The translations under genes were made by a program, and so were the position numbers. Source: Squalus acanthias (lineage: Eukaryota). Taken from it: a DNA stretch of 64,000 nucleotides. The notes beneath the pieces were generated by a model. It did not search any database, was not told where the DNA came from, and was given only the letters and a program-made list of their open reading frames with translations. Shown one piece after another: positions 22,946 to 34,790 of this stretch (position 1 is the first letter of the stretch; every line of letters begins with the position of its first letter). The stretch lies in NCBI GenBank assembly GCA_030390025.1, contig CM059444.1, positions 61,938,001 through 62,002,000 of the forward strand, given 5' to 3'.

Positions 22946-23994
22946 ACACTGCAGGATAGAGGAGAGGGAAATCCATCAACATTTATGCTCCTGATCACAA
23001 TCCATGGACTTTCTGCCGAAGAGTCCACAGGCACAGACGTCAGGCGAAGACTGGATCAGCCTCTCCCTTCTCCCGTCGAGGTTTACATACTCGCACAGGA
23101 TTACTTCAGCAGAGGGGGAAGCCTGTGCCAGCTTGTAGTGGTTGGCAGCACCCGCGGTCCTGAGTCGGCGGACTGAGGGCCCGAGCCTGCGTATCCGGGG
23201 GCTCTGGTGCGGTATCCAAGCTGACGCTGCAGCCAAGCGCTGGGAGAAGTTTGGCAATTTCAAACGAGACATAAAATTAGTAACAGTTCATCTTCCCTAT
23301 TTGAGTGGACATTAAAAAAAAAGGCTACATGGGACAACAGCAGATTCAGTGTAAGAGAAGGGCGGAATAATACAGCACAGAAGGAGGCCACTCAGCCCAT
23401 CGTGCCCTGTGCCGGCTCTTTGAAAGAGCTCTCCAATTAGTCCCACTTCACCCCTGCTCTTTCCTCACAGCCCTACAAATTTCTCAAGTATTTATCCAAA
23501 TCCCTTTTGAAAGTTACCATTGAATCTGCTTCCACCGTCCTTCAGGCAGCGCAATCCAATTCATAACTTGGAAGGAGAAAAAATTGCTGGGATATGGGGA
23601 AAGAGCCGGGGAGTGGGAATAACTGGATTGCTCTTCGAAAGAGCCAGCGTAGACTCGATGGGCCGAATGGCCTCATTCTGTGCTATTCTATGATTCTATG
23701 ATGATAACTCGATATGTAAAAATAATTCTCCTCCTCTCCCCTCTGGTTCTTGTGCCAATCATCTTAAATCTGGTTACCGACCCTCCTGCCAGTGGAAACA
23801 GTTTCTCCTTATTTACTCTATTAAAACCCTCCTCATAATTTTCAGTCGAAGGGCTTTCTTTACCCAAATCTACGCTGTGGCCTATGGAACTACATCGGGG
23901 CAAGAATCGGCCCCTTGAGCAGAGAAAGGGAGCGTGAAGCCACGGCTGGTGCCCACCAACAAAAAAAAAATCCTTGATCTCCAAGAAGGGTTAC

Positions 23995-24165
23995 CTGGAA
24001 ATGCTCCATTCGGGCTCGATTTTGGAGATGGTGGGATCATCTGTGTAGTTGTACTGCACGCTGGGGTTTAGCAGCTGAGCTCGGTTGATGTGGACTTTGA
24101 TGGAAGCCGGGCCCGTTCCCTTTGTGGAGGCAGATGTCACACAAATGATCTCTCCTGAAGTTCTC
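23995..24165 (-). CDS. PLXNA1: Plexin-A1-like exon, IPT/TIG domain
   Basis: 171 nt, cttcag|G AGA...AG|gtaacc. RTSGEIICVTSASTKGTGPASIKVHINRAQLLNPSVQYNYTDDPTISKIEPEWSIS(S). Phase 2 to 2. Confidence 0.92.
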
Positions 24166-24244
24166 CTGAAGGCAAGAATAGAGAAAAGCAACGGCGTCAC
24201 TAAAATGCAAATTGATGGCATGAGGGTGAACCTACGACAAACGC

Positions 24245-25345
24245 ACTGGAGTCATAAGAGTCATAACGGCACAGAAGGAGGCCATTCGGCCCATCGAGTC
24301 CGTGCCGGCTCTCTGTAGAGCAATCCAGTCAGTCCCATTCCCCCGCTCTATCCCCGTAGCCCTGCAAGTTTATTTCCCTCAAGTGCCTATCCAGCCTCCA
24401 CTTGAAAACATTGAGTGTCTCCGCTTCCACCACTTCCGTCGGCAGCGAGTTCCAGGTCCTCACCACTCGCTGCGTAAAAATGTTTTTCCTCGCATGCCCC
24501 CCCTGTATCTCTTGCCCAAAACCTTAAATCTGTGTCCCCTAGTCCTTGTACCATCAACTAGTGGGAACAGCCTTTCCCCGTCTAGCCTATCCAAACCTGT
24601 CATAATCTTGTACACCTCTATTCTGGAGTTTAGAAGAATGAGAGGGGATCTCATTGAAACTTATAAAATTCTGAAAGGACTGGACAGACTGGATGCAGGA
24701 AGGATGTTCTCGATGGTCGGGGAGTCCAGAACCAGGGGTCACAGTCTAAGGATAAGGGGTAAACCATTTAGGACAGAAATGAGGAGGAATTTCTTCACCC
24801 AGAGAGTGGTGAACCTGTGGAATTCTCTACCACAGAAGGCAGTAGAGGCCAATTCATTAAATATATTCAAGAAGGAGTTGGATATATTTCTTAAGGCTAA
24901 AGGGATCAAGGGATATGGGGAGAAAGCAGGGACAGGGTTCTGAATTTGGATGATCAGCCATGATCGCATTGAATGGCGGAGCAGGCTAGAGGGGCCGAAT
25001 GGCCTACTCCTGCTCCTATCTTCTATGTTTCTATGTTCTATCAAATCGCCCCTCAACCTCCTTTGCTCTAATGAAAACAAATCCAGCTTCTCCAACCTGT
25101 CCTTGTAGCTAAGATCCCCCATCCCTGGAATCATTCTGGTAAATCTCCTTTGCACCCTCTCAAGGGCCTTCACATCCTTCCTAAAGTGTGGTGACCAGAA
25201 CTGGACGCAATACTCCAGTTGTGGCCTAACCAGCGCTTTATAAAGGTTCAGCATAACTTCTCTACTTTTATATTCAATACCTCTATTTATGAAGCCCAAG
25301 ATCCCATATGCTTTGCTAACCACTCTCTCAATATGTCCCGCCACC
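24245..25345. mobile_element. Nested CR1 fragments: a minus-strand copy interrupted by a plus-strand CR1 tail (about 24621-25035)
   Basis: ORFs 24739-25344(-), 24460-24654(-) and the C-terminal half of 24302-24943(+). Confidence 0.85.
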
Positions 25346-25511
25346 TTCAGGGACCTATTGCACTGCCTGAAGCAGATTCAACAGTAACTTTCAAAAGGGA
25401 ATTGGATAAATACTTGAAAAGGAAAAACTTCTGGGCTAGACAGAACCTGCCTCTTCGTAAATGACCAGGGCCTTGCTGAGAATAATTTTTAATTGTATTT
25501 TCTGTTTTTAC

Positions 25512-25651
25512 CTTTTAAATTGGCAAATGCCGCTTTCTCCAACGTAAGCCTCCACGGAACTGCCAGCATCGAGATGCACCCCCACAATCGTCACTTGACT
25601 GCCTCCCGACACAGGTCCCTGGGAAGGTATCACCTTGTTAAACTTCGGAGT
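25512..25651 (-). CDS. PLXNA1: Plexin-A1-like exon, IPT/TIG domain
   Basis: 140 nt, ccacag|ACT...AG|gtaaaa. TPKFNKVIPSQGPVSGGSQVTIVGVHLDAGSSVEAYVGESGICQFK(R). Phase 0 to 2. Confidence 0.9.
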
Positions 25652-25736
25652 CTGTGGGGGGGAGAAAAAAGTGTTGATATAAGTAACAAATTGATGCACC
25701 GTCTGTAGGGAGACAGAAACAGAGAGAAAAATACAG

Positions 25737-25959
25737 NNNNNNNNNNNNNNNNNNNNNNNNNNNNNNNNNNNNNNNNNNNNNNNNNNNNNNNNNNNNNNNN
25801 NNNNNNNNNNNNNNNNNNNNNNNNNNNNNNNNNNNNNNNNNNNNNNNNNNNNNNNNNNNNNNNNNNNNNNNNNNNNNNNNNNNNNNNNNNNNNNNNNNNN
25901 NNNNNNNNNNNNNNNNNNNNNNNNNNNNNNNNNNNNNNNNNNNNNNNNNNNNNNNNNNN
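25737..25959. other. Assembly gap (N run) next to a GA/GT microsatellite
   Basis: N run. Confidence 1.
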
Positions 25960-26179
25960 TGTGTGAGAGAAAGAGAGACTGTGTGAGAGAAAGAATGTGT
26001 GTGTGAGAGAGAGACTGTGTGAGAGAAAGAATGTGTGTGTGTGTGAGAGAGAAAGTGTGTGTGTGTGAGAGGGAGAGGGAGAGAGAGAGAGAGAGAGAGA
26101 GCAGAGCAGGAGCAAGGGAGCAAAGCAGAGAGTGAGCGAGAGTATGAACGAGAATGAAAGATACACAGACACACACATA

Positions 26180-26628
26180 GAAAGAACGAACTTGCATTTC
26201 TATAGCGCCTTTCACAACCTAAGGACATCCCAAAGCACTTTACAAACAATGAAGTACTTTTGAAGTGTAGTCACTGTTAACGTAGGGAAATGCGCACAGC
26301 AAGCTCCCACAAACAGCCATGTGATAATGACCAGATAATCTGTTTTAGTGATGTTGATTGAGGGATACATATTGGCCCAGGACACCGGGGAGAACTCCCC
26401 TGCTCTTCTTCGAATAGTGCCAGGGGATCTTATACATCCACCCGAAAGGGCAGACAGGGCCTTCGTTTAACGTCTCATCCGAAAGACGGCACCTCCGACA
26501 GTGCAGCACTCCCTCAGCACTGCACTGGGAGTGTCAGTCGAGCTTTATGTGCTCGAGTCTCTGGAGTGGGACTTAAACCCACAACCTTCTGACTCAGAGG
26601 CGAGAGTGCTACCCACTGAGCCACTGCC
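26180..26628 (-). mobile_element. Deu-domain SINE
   Basis: Full reverse-complement copy. Confidence 0.85.
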
Positions 26629-26923
26629 GAGTAGGTTTGATGATTAACCCTTTCAGCGCCGGCAGTGCTGAGGCCAACTGTAGCACCTTCAGCCGAGATA
26701 AACGAACTCAACGCCAACTGGGACCTTCCTTGGTCGGGAAGCGCTCAGTGCTGCTCCATGCAGGACGGTCCCTCGTTAAACTACCCGTGTCATCCTTCAG
26801 GTAGGCGAGGCACAGAGAGAGAGAGGGCACATACTGCAGCCGACAGACAGACAGTAATCTCGCTGAAAGAAAAGGGACACAAGAATTCAAAGACTTGCTC
26901 TTGTTTCTCTCTTGGACTCTTAC

Positions 26924-27044
26924 CACGAAGGTGAAGGGCTCGGAGGAGATGGCTCGGTAATCATCGTTGCAATCCACAACGCAAACCTCCACGAGTCCTC
27001 GGTCAGCGGTTTGAAGTGCAGCTGGCTCCATATCGCACACAATC
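26924..27044 (-). CDS. PLXNA1: Plexin-A1-like exon, IPT/TIG domain
   Basis: 121 nt, ccgcag|G ATT...GTG|gtaaga. IVCDMEPAALQTADRGLVEVCVVDCNDDYRAISSEPFTFV. Phase 2 to 0. Confidence 0.9.
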
Positions 27045-27102
27045 CTGCGGATCACAGTTGATGAGCACCCATTATTGGTTTCCAGCACAGCGTCACATCC
27101 TA

Positions 27103-27535
27103 GATTGAGCCGATTGGGCCTATACTCTCTGGAGTTTAGAAGAATGAGAGGCGATCTCATTGAAACATACAAGATTTTATGGGGGGATTGACAGGGTAGA
27201 TGCTGAGAGATTGTCTCCTCTGGCTGGAGTGTCTAGAGCTAGGGGGCTTAGTCTCAGGATAAGGGGTCGGCCATTTAAGACTGAGATGAGGAGGAATTTC
27301 TTCACTCAGAGGGTGGTGAATCTTTGGAATTCACTACCCCAAAGGGCTGTGGATGCTCAGTCGTTGAGTCTATTCAAGGCTGAGGTAGATAGATTTCTGG
27401 ACTCTAAGGGAATCAAGGGATATGGGGATAGGGCGGGAAAGTGGAGACGAGGTAGATGATCAGCCATGATCTTATTGAATAGTGGAGCAGGCTCGAGGGG
27501 CCGTATAGCCTACTCCTGCCTCCAATTCTTATGTT
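27103..27535 (+). mobile_element. CR1 3' fragment
   Basis: ...GIDRVDAERL...RRNFFTQRVVNLWNSLPQRAV plus 3' UTR. Closely similar copies at 31180-31610(+) and 44450-44865(-). Confidence 0.85.
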
Positions 27536-27714
27536 GAGAGGGGCAATCTTTTGATTGCTACCCAAACGATTCATACTCAAAGTCCAGGCATCCTCCCCCA
27601 CCCCTCCTAGTTTTAAATGCATTTCCCTTCCAAGGTTTCAACCTTCCCAATGTTGTACATGTACCCATTTTTTCCACGACCCCCACCACCCCACCTCTTT
27701 TTAAAAATTGGGTT

Positions 27715-29340
27715 GGGGAATTCTGTGCGCCGCAAGATGAGGGATGTTAGTGCTGGGGAATGGAAACATCCCCATTATAGCCTCTCACTGTTGGCATTAA
27801 TATTCCAGGGCAGGTACAGCACGGGTTAGATACAGAGTAAAGCTCCCTCTACACTGTCCCATCAAACACTCCCAGGGCAGGTACAGCACGGGTTAGATAC
27901 AGAGTAAAGCTCCCTCTACACTGTCCCATCAAACACTCCCAGGGCAGGTACAGCACGGGTTAGATACAGAGTAAAGCTCCCTCTACACGGTCCCATCAAA
28001 CACTCCCAGGGCAGGTACTGCACGGGTTAGATACAGAGTAAAGCTCCCTCTACACTGTCCCATTAAACACTCCCAGGGCAGGTACAGCACGGGTTAGATA
28101 CAGAGTAAAGCTCCCTCTACACTGTCCCATCAAACACTCCCAGGGCAGCTACAGCACGGGTTAGATACAGAGTAAAGCTCCCTCTACACTGTCCCATTAA
28201 ACACTCCCAGGGCAGGTACAGCACGGGGTTAGATACAGAGTAAAGCTCCCTCTACACTGTCCCATCAAACACTCCCAGGGCAGGTACAGCACGGGGTTAG
28301 ATACAGAGTAAAGCTCCCTCTACACTGTCCCAGTAAACACTCACAGGGCAGGTACAGCACGGGTTAGATACAGAGTAAAGCTCCCTCTACACTGTCCCAT
28401 CAAACACTCCCAGGGCAGGCACAGCACGGGTTAGATACAGAGTAAAGCTCCCTCTACACTGTCCCATCAAACACTCCCAGAGCAGCTACAGCACGGGTTA
28501 GATACAGAGTAAAGCTCCCTCTACACTGTCCCATCAAACACTCCCAGGGCAGGCACAGCACGGGTTAGATACAGAGTAAAGCTCCCTCTACACTGTCCCA
28601 TCAAACACTCCCAGGGCAGGTACAGCACGAGTTAGATACAGAGTAAAGCTCCCTCTACACTGTCCCATCAAACACTCCCAGGGCAGGTACAGCACGGGTT
28701 AGATACAGAGTAAAGCTCCCTCTACACTGTCCCATCAAACACTCCCAGAGCAGCTACAGCACGGGTTAGATACAGAGTAAAGCTCCCTCTACACTGTCCC
28801 ATCAAACACTCCCAGAGCAGCTACAGCACGGGTTAGATACAGAGTAAAGCTCCCTCTACACTGTCCCATCAAACACTGCCAGAGCAGCTACAGCACGGGT
28901 TAGATACAGAGTAAAGCTCCCTCTACACTGTCCCATCAAACACTCCCAGGGCAGGTACAGCACGGGTTAGATACAGAGTAAAGCTCCCTCTACACTGTCC
29001 CATCAAACACTCCCAGGGCAGGTACAGCACGGGTTAGATACAGAGTAAAGCTCACTCTACACTGACAACGACGTATCTGAATCTCAAGCTCGGAGGCGTG
29101 TTACTTATACAACCAAAGAGATATTTTCTGATTTCCCACAACGGGCATGCTTGACCTCCGAGCGAGATTGGCAAACGGTGCTGAATTAGGGGTAGCTTTG
29201 CATTGGGTCATATTTGGTTGGAACTGGATTGACCCCGTCTAAAGTTACTTCATGTGGGATCCCTTCATCTTCAGCTGACAGAATCGACTTTCGTCGCCGT
29301 CAGTCTGGGCTGGATTCGAGTGCAGCTTCCAGAGGATAAT
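27715..29340 (-). mobile_element. Putative LF-SINE-related element hosting the 67-bp array
   Basis: Minus strand reads TCGAATCCAGCCCAG...CGAAAGTCG...TCCAGTTCC...CTAATTCAGCACC...CCCGTGCTGTACCTG, colinear with the LF-SINE consensus as recalled. Confidence 0.5.
27804..29064. repeat. 67-bp tandem satellite, about 19 units
   Basis: CCCAGGGCAGGTACAGCACGGGTTAGATACAGAGTAAAGCTCCCTCTACACTGTCCCATCAAACACT, period 67 (27871, 27938...), with no spacers. Confidence 0.95.
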
Positions 29341-29364
29341 TTTCACTTTCATTCCATCTATTTG

Positions 29365-29535
29365 TTTTTGAAGTTGGCCCCGAGACGGTCTTGAGAGAGA
29401 GAGGGGAAGGTTTCGAGCAGGATTGCTGCACTGCGGGTAACATTTTCACCTGGTATGACACTAACACCACCTCCAGCGCCAAGAAATCATGAATAGCTTG
29501 TGTTGGCACTCGTGAGTGCAGACGGTGCATTTCCT
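29365..29535. repeat. Unidentified ~170-bp dispersed repeat, with an inverted copy at 48825-48995
   Basis: 29410-29470 is the exact reverse complement of 48894-48954 (61 nt), and the flanks are also similar. Confidence 0.85.
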
Positions 29536-30447
29536 CCCCTCCCCTCCCACCTCCAAAGCAACAGCAAGTAAGTGTTCAACCAAACGAGTTGTTGAATTTT
29601 CTCCTTTATTAATTGTTCCCAATCCACGCACCTCCAGCAGCTCAGAGGGTGGCCCAGATGCCCCCCCCCCAGGCCTCAGCTCATGCCACTCTTCGACTCA
29701 TTAAAAACACCCTGTCCATTTTCTACCCTGTTCTTCCCTCTTTGTTAGTTGCTCGTCAAGCCTCCACTAGACCGCTCTCTGCATCGGAGTGGCTTGGATT
29801 GGGGAAACTCTGAGAGAGACCAAACTACCATCACCCACTGTCAAAGCAGCGTGATGCTCCAATGCACTGTGCCCTCATACTGACCCTTGCCAAGCATTTG
29901 CTTCATTCAGTGAGGCCTCGGAAACCCAACTGCAGCGTCAGTCGGCCTGCAATACCCCAGGGCAGTGCTGATGACAGACGAGCCCGCTGGTCCCATTAAT
30001 AGGGCCTGGGGGGTGTCATAAATCGCAAGTAACAACTCAGGAAGTACTACTGGGCGGCCAGCTGGGGCGCCGTCCAGGGAGTATAAATACTCAGGCATGG
30101 GCCCACCTTGGGCAGAGACAATCTGGAAACAGGAAGCTAGTGACTGCTAACTAGACCTCCATGTTTTGTTACAAGTTGATTAAAGCCTTGCTTTATGTTC
30201 AAGTGCGTAGTGAGTCTTTATTACGTCAGGGGGGGAATTGACCTATCGTTGGGGTTGAAGGGCGCAGAAATGGGAGTTTCTTCCCACTCTTGCTCCAGCT
30301 AATTCTACAAGCCAGTGCCCCAACGGGTAGAGTGCGTCAGCCCCGCGCAATCAGTGGGAAGGTTAGCAGCGCGCTACGCTGGCAGGCCGCGCGGTTTTAA
30401 CGGTTTGATCTTCAACATTACCCCTTTGGGTCCCTACGCCTTGGCTC

Positions 30448-30630
30448 CAATGTTCCCCATAATTTTTTTTTGGGTGCGCGGCCCCTTTAAGGGTCTGCGG
30501 CCCCTTTAAGGGTCTGCGGGGCCCATTCATGGTTTTGCGCATGCGTGAAATTTAAGACTGGAAAAGCCAGTCACGGGCTGCGCAGGACCGGCAGAGAGTT
30601 GCGCGGCCGCACAGCTTAGAGGGAACGTTG
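30448..30630 (+). mobile_element. hAT-type MITE family A
   Basis: CAATGTTCCCC...GAGGGAACGTTG with TSD CTTGGCTC/CTTGACTC and an internal 20-bp duplication. Confidence 0.75.
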
Positions 30631-30870
30631 CTTGACTCTTGTGCCTGAATCTCTTTGAAATTAGCCGAATAAATTGGGTCCCCAGAAGGAACAATTGTGC
30701 ATTCCATATCTGGCCAACGGAAAGTCTGCCTGACCCAAAAAACCCCACAAATAAGCACAACCGGGTAAGATTGCCATCCAAGCCTCCAAATCTGGGTCTT
30801 ATTCAGTTTGCTTGAGGGGCAAGTACTGTGTCTCAAAGCGATTGAGTATGACGTGGTTCTACACACTTAC

Positions 30871-31022
30871 TGCTCAGCGCTGATGTACTCCTCTGGAATG
30901 GGATTGCACCGGACTCTCCCGACGTGCACCCCGTAACGGATTTCGGAGAACGTCAGGCCCAGATTCACGCCAGTAATGGTCAACCTGGTTCCTCCTTCCT
31001 TGGGGCCGGTCTCCGGTACCAA
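30871..31022 (-). CDS. PLXNA1: Plexin-A1-like exon, IPT/TIG domain
   Basis: 152 nt, ttacag|TTG...CA|gtaagt. [50 protein letters not shown](Q) has the IPT GPxxGGTxxTIxGxNL motif. Phase 0 to 2. Confidence 0.92.
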
Positions 31023-32974
31023 CTGTAAATAGAAGAACACAACGTGTTGAGAAATCTAGCCCGGAGAGCAAGGGAGCCTTTGGCCGACCACATGAGCACA
31101 TGAACACCGTGCGCCATCCTCTCGGTCCGCACTACAGCGGAACCTCCATGTTCCTATGAGGGTTGCCAGAAGAGGAGAGATTGAGTAGAATGGGCCTATA
31201 CTCTCTGGAGTTTAGAAGAACGTGAGGTGATCTCATTGAAACATACAAGATTCTGAGGGGGATTGACCGGGTAGATGCTGAGAGGTTGTTTCCCCTGGCT
31301 GGAGAGTCTAGAACTAGGGGTCATAGTCTCAGGATAAGGGATCGGCCATTGAAAACTGAGATAAGGAGGAATTTCGTCACTCAGAGGGTTGTGAATCTTG
31401 GGAATTCTCAAACCCAAAGAGCTGTGGATGCTGAATTGTTGAGTATATTCAAGGCTGAGATCGATAGATTTTTGGACTCTAGGGGAATCAAGGGATATGG
31501 AGATCAGGTGGGAAAGTGGAGTGAGGTCGAAGATCAGCCATGATCTTATTGAATGGCGGAGCAGGCTCGAGGGGCCGAATGGCCTACTCCTGCTCCCAAT
31601 TCTTATGTTCCACCATAACTGAAGGGTCCCCCATTGGCGGATAATGGAACCTGGAGGATAATTGAGAGTCCCGATATTTCGGCCCCCCCCACCCAGAGAC
31701 AATGAAAGAACGGCCGATATATTTCCAAGTCAGGATGGTGTGTGTGGCTTGGAGGGAAACTTGGAGGTGGTGGTGTTCCCATGAGCCTGCTGCCCTTGTC
31801 CTTCTAGGTGGTAGAGGTCTAGGATCCTCAATAAGAAGGGACCCCTAAGGATGGTTAATACCAGTGAATAGATGAAACAATACACAGCTAAAGTAAAATA
31901 AAATTTTGATATTCGCACATCGCAAAAAAAAACTGTGCAGCACCAGGAGTGTGTCAGGAGCCGGCTGATTTGTACATCACTGACAGTTTAATGAAATAGA
32001 AGAGAAACTCACTGAGCGCAGCTTCAGTCACAACAAAGAGCCAGGCTGACAGAAAACGCCCGCATTCTTGATGGAGGTTCAAAGACTCTCTTAGACAAGC
32101 AAGGTGCTTCCTTCACCGTCAGCTTCAAGCTGCCAGGCAGTCCTGAGACTAACAGCAAACCTTGCAAATTATTATTTTTTGAATAAAAGGATCGTTGGCA
32201 GCAAAACTGACCTTTGCCCAAAAGCTATGCAGGAATCGAGTCTCGGGGGGTGGGGGGGGGGGGGGGGGGGGGGCGTAATGTGACGGGAACTGGGCGATGC
32301 AGTGAGTTGGGACACTGGCCTTTTCCCCTTTGGTACCTGGTTTCAAAGCAAGCCCAGAATGTCTGCATCAAAGCTCCACCGCCCCCAGATCAGAAGATCA
32401 CAAGATAAATCGAGATGAAGAAACTCATGCAGTCCCATCTCAGCTCATCTGCTCAGACAGAACTCCGCAATCTCTTGTCCTCTTCCCCGCCTCCATCCCA
32501 ATCATGGGGGGTTTGATTCCTCCTTAAATTATTTGCGGTTTTTTGTTTTTAATAATTCATCCGGCCGTGCGTATCTCAACACGTGAGCTCACAGTGACTT
32601 TGTGCAGTTCCAAAGGAGTATGGTCCCACAGCAGAAATTGGACACCGAGATGCCAATCCCACTCGGGGAAGTGTCTACAAGGACACAGATACAGCAGGAG
32701 CTTTCTCTACGTGGTATTCCAGGAGCTGAACATCCTGTCATTACTGAGCAGTCAGATCTGGGATTTGCAAGGGATCATTTACCACAAATGACTCGAAGTC
32801 CAGGGGAGCAATCCTAATATGGCGACAGCCAGCGTGCAAAAAAAACAAGTTTGTTTCAATTTGGATTGCCTTGTTGAAACTGTACAAAAGCATAATTGTG
32901 TTAAAAAGTCATGTGTGTACCATGTTGGACGCCTTCAACGTGACCTCTACTCGTGGAACTGGTCAACTGACATG

Positions 32975-34108
32975 AAAAGAAAGAAAAGACTTGCATTTAT
33001 ATAGCGTCTTTCATGACCTCAGGATGTCCCAAAGCGCTTTACAGCCAATGAAGTACTTTTTGAAGTGTAGTCACTGTTGTAATGTAGGAAACGCGGCAGC
33101 CAATTTGCGCACAGCAAGCTCCCACAAACAGCAATGTGAGAATGACCGGATCATCTGTTTTCGTGATGTTGATCAAGGGATAAATATTGGCCCCAGGACA
33201 CCGGGGTGAACTCGCCTGATCTTCTTCGAAATAGTGCTGGGGGATCTTTTACGTCCACCTGAGAGAGCAGTTTAACGTCTCATCCAAAAGACGGCACCCT
33301 CCAACAGTGCAGCTCTCCCTCAGCACTGCCCCTCCAACAGTGCAGCGCTCCCTCAGCACTGCCCCTCCGACAGTGCAGCACTCCCTCAGCACTGCCCCTC
33401 CAACAGTGCAGCGCTCCCTCAGCACTGCCCCTCCGACAGTGCAGCGCTCCCTCAGCACTGCCCCTCCGACAGTGCAGCGCTCACTCAGCACTGCCCCTCC
33501 GACAGTGCAGCTCTCCCTCAGCACTGCCCCTCCGACAGTGCAGCGCTCACTCAGCACTGCCCCTCCAACAGTGCAGCGCTCCCTCAGCACTGCCCCTCCG
33601 ACAGTGCAGCGCTCCCTCAGCACTGCCCCTCCGACAGTGCAGCACTCCCTCAGTACTGCCCCCGACAGTGCAGCGCTCCCTCAGCACTGCCCCTCCGACA
33701 GTGCAGCACTCCCTCAGTACTGCCCCTCCGACAGTGCGTCGCTCCCTCAGCACTGCCCCTCCGACAGTGCAGCGCTCCCTCAGTACTGCCCCTCCGACAG
33801 TGCAGCGCTCCCTCAGCACTGCCCCTCCGACAGTGCAGCGCTCCCTCAGCACTGCCCCTCCGACAGTGCAGCGCTCCCTCAGTACTGCCCCTCCGACAGT
33901 GCAGCGCTCCCTCAGTACTGCCCCTCCGACAGTGCAGCACTCCCTCAGTACTGCCCCTCCGACAGTGCAGCACTCCCTCAGTACTGCCCCTCCGACAGTG
34001 CAGCGCTCCCTCAGTACTGCCCCTCCGACAGTGCAGCGCTCCCTCAGTACTGCCCCTCCGACAGTGCAGCTCTCCCTCAGCACTGCCCTGGAGTGTCAGC
34101 CTGGATTT
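32975..34108 (-). mobile_element. Deu-domain SINE with 33-bp array (about 24 units, 33290-34085)
   Basis: Reverse-complement SINE tail and body followed by (CAGCACTGCCCCTCCGACAGTGCAGCGCTCCCT)n. Confidence 0.9.
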
Positions 34109-34539
34109 TCTGCTGAAGCAGACCAGGTCTCTTGTTTCTGATGGCCTCTCTCTAATGAGTTTCAAACGTCTGGGTGGCAAAAAATTCCACTAATGTCCAT
34201 GAACTTGGGATATTTCATCAGAAAAATATCTAAAGGTAAACATATTGGAGAGCACAACTTGACCGGTTTTGGAACTTTGAAAGGATTCACGTCATCCTTT
34301 CGCCACTTCTTTCTTGTACGAGATACGATCTGTGGAACTGCCCATGGCTGACCACTTTACATACTCGAGCTTCACCTTGCAGTAGCTTCTCTCACATAGT
34401 CCTCACATCATGCATCACGCCACCGCTGAGAAAGCAGGCAAGTGCTCTGGCCAGTGCTCCGCAGGAAGTGACCGCGGATGGGGAAGAGTAGCTCGATGGC
34501 AAACAGCAATCGATCTTATTCTTTTTTTCCTCCGCTCTC

Positions 34540-34790
34540 TCCTTTTTCTCTAGTTCGCTATCTCGCTCTCTTTTTCTCACGCTCATTCTCTCTCCTGCTC
34601 TCTCGCTCGCTCCCCTGCTCTCTCGCTCGCTCGCTTTCTCGCTCACTCGTGCTCTCTATCTCGCGCTCACTCGTGTTCTCTCGCGCATTCGTGCTCTTTC
34701 TCTCTCGTGCTCTCTTGCACTCTCGCTCACGCTCTCACTCGCTCTTTTTCTCACTTTTCCCCTCTCTCTCTCTCTCTCTCTATCTCATGT
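34540..34790. repeat. CT-rich low-complexity microsatellite
   Basis: (CT)/(CGCT)-rich tract. Similar simple tracts occur at 25960-26180, 35810-35950 and 58480-58745. Confidence 0.85.

Noticed and set aside
27804-29064. CRISPR-like regular array (also the 33-bp arrays)
   Set aside because: Units are contiguous with no unique spacers, there are no cas genes, and the context is a eukaryotic intron.
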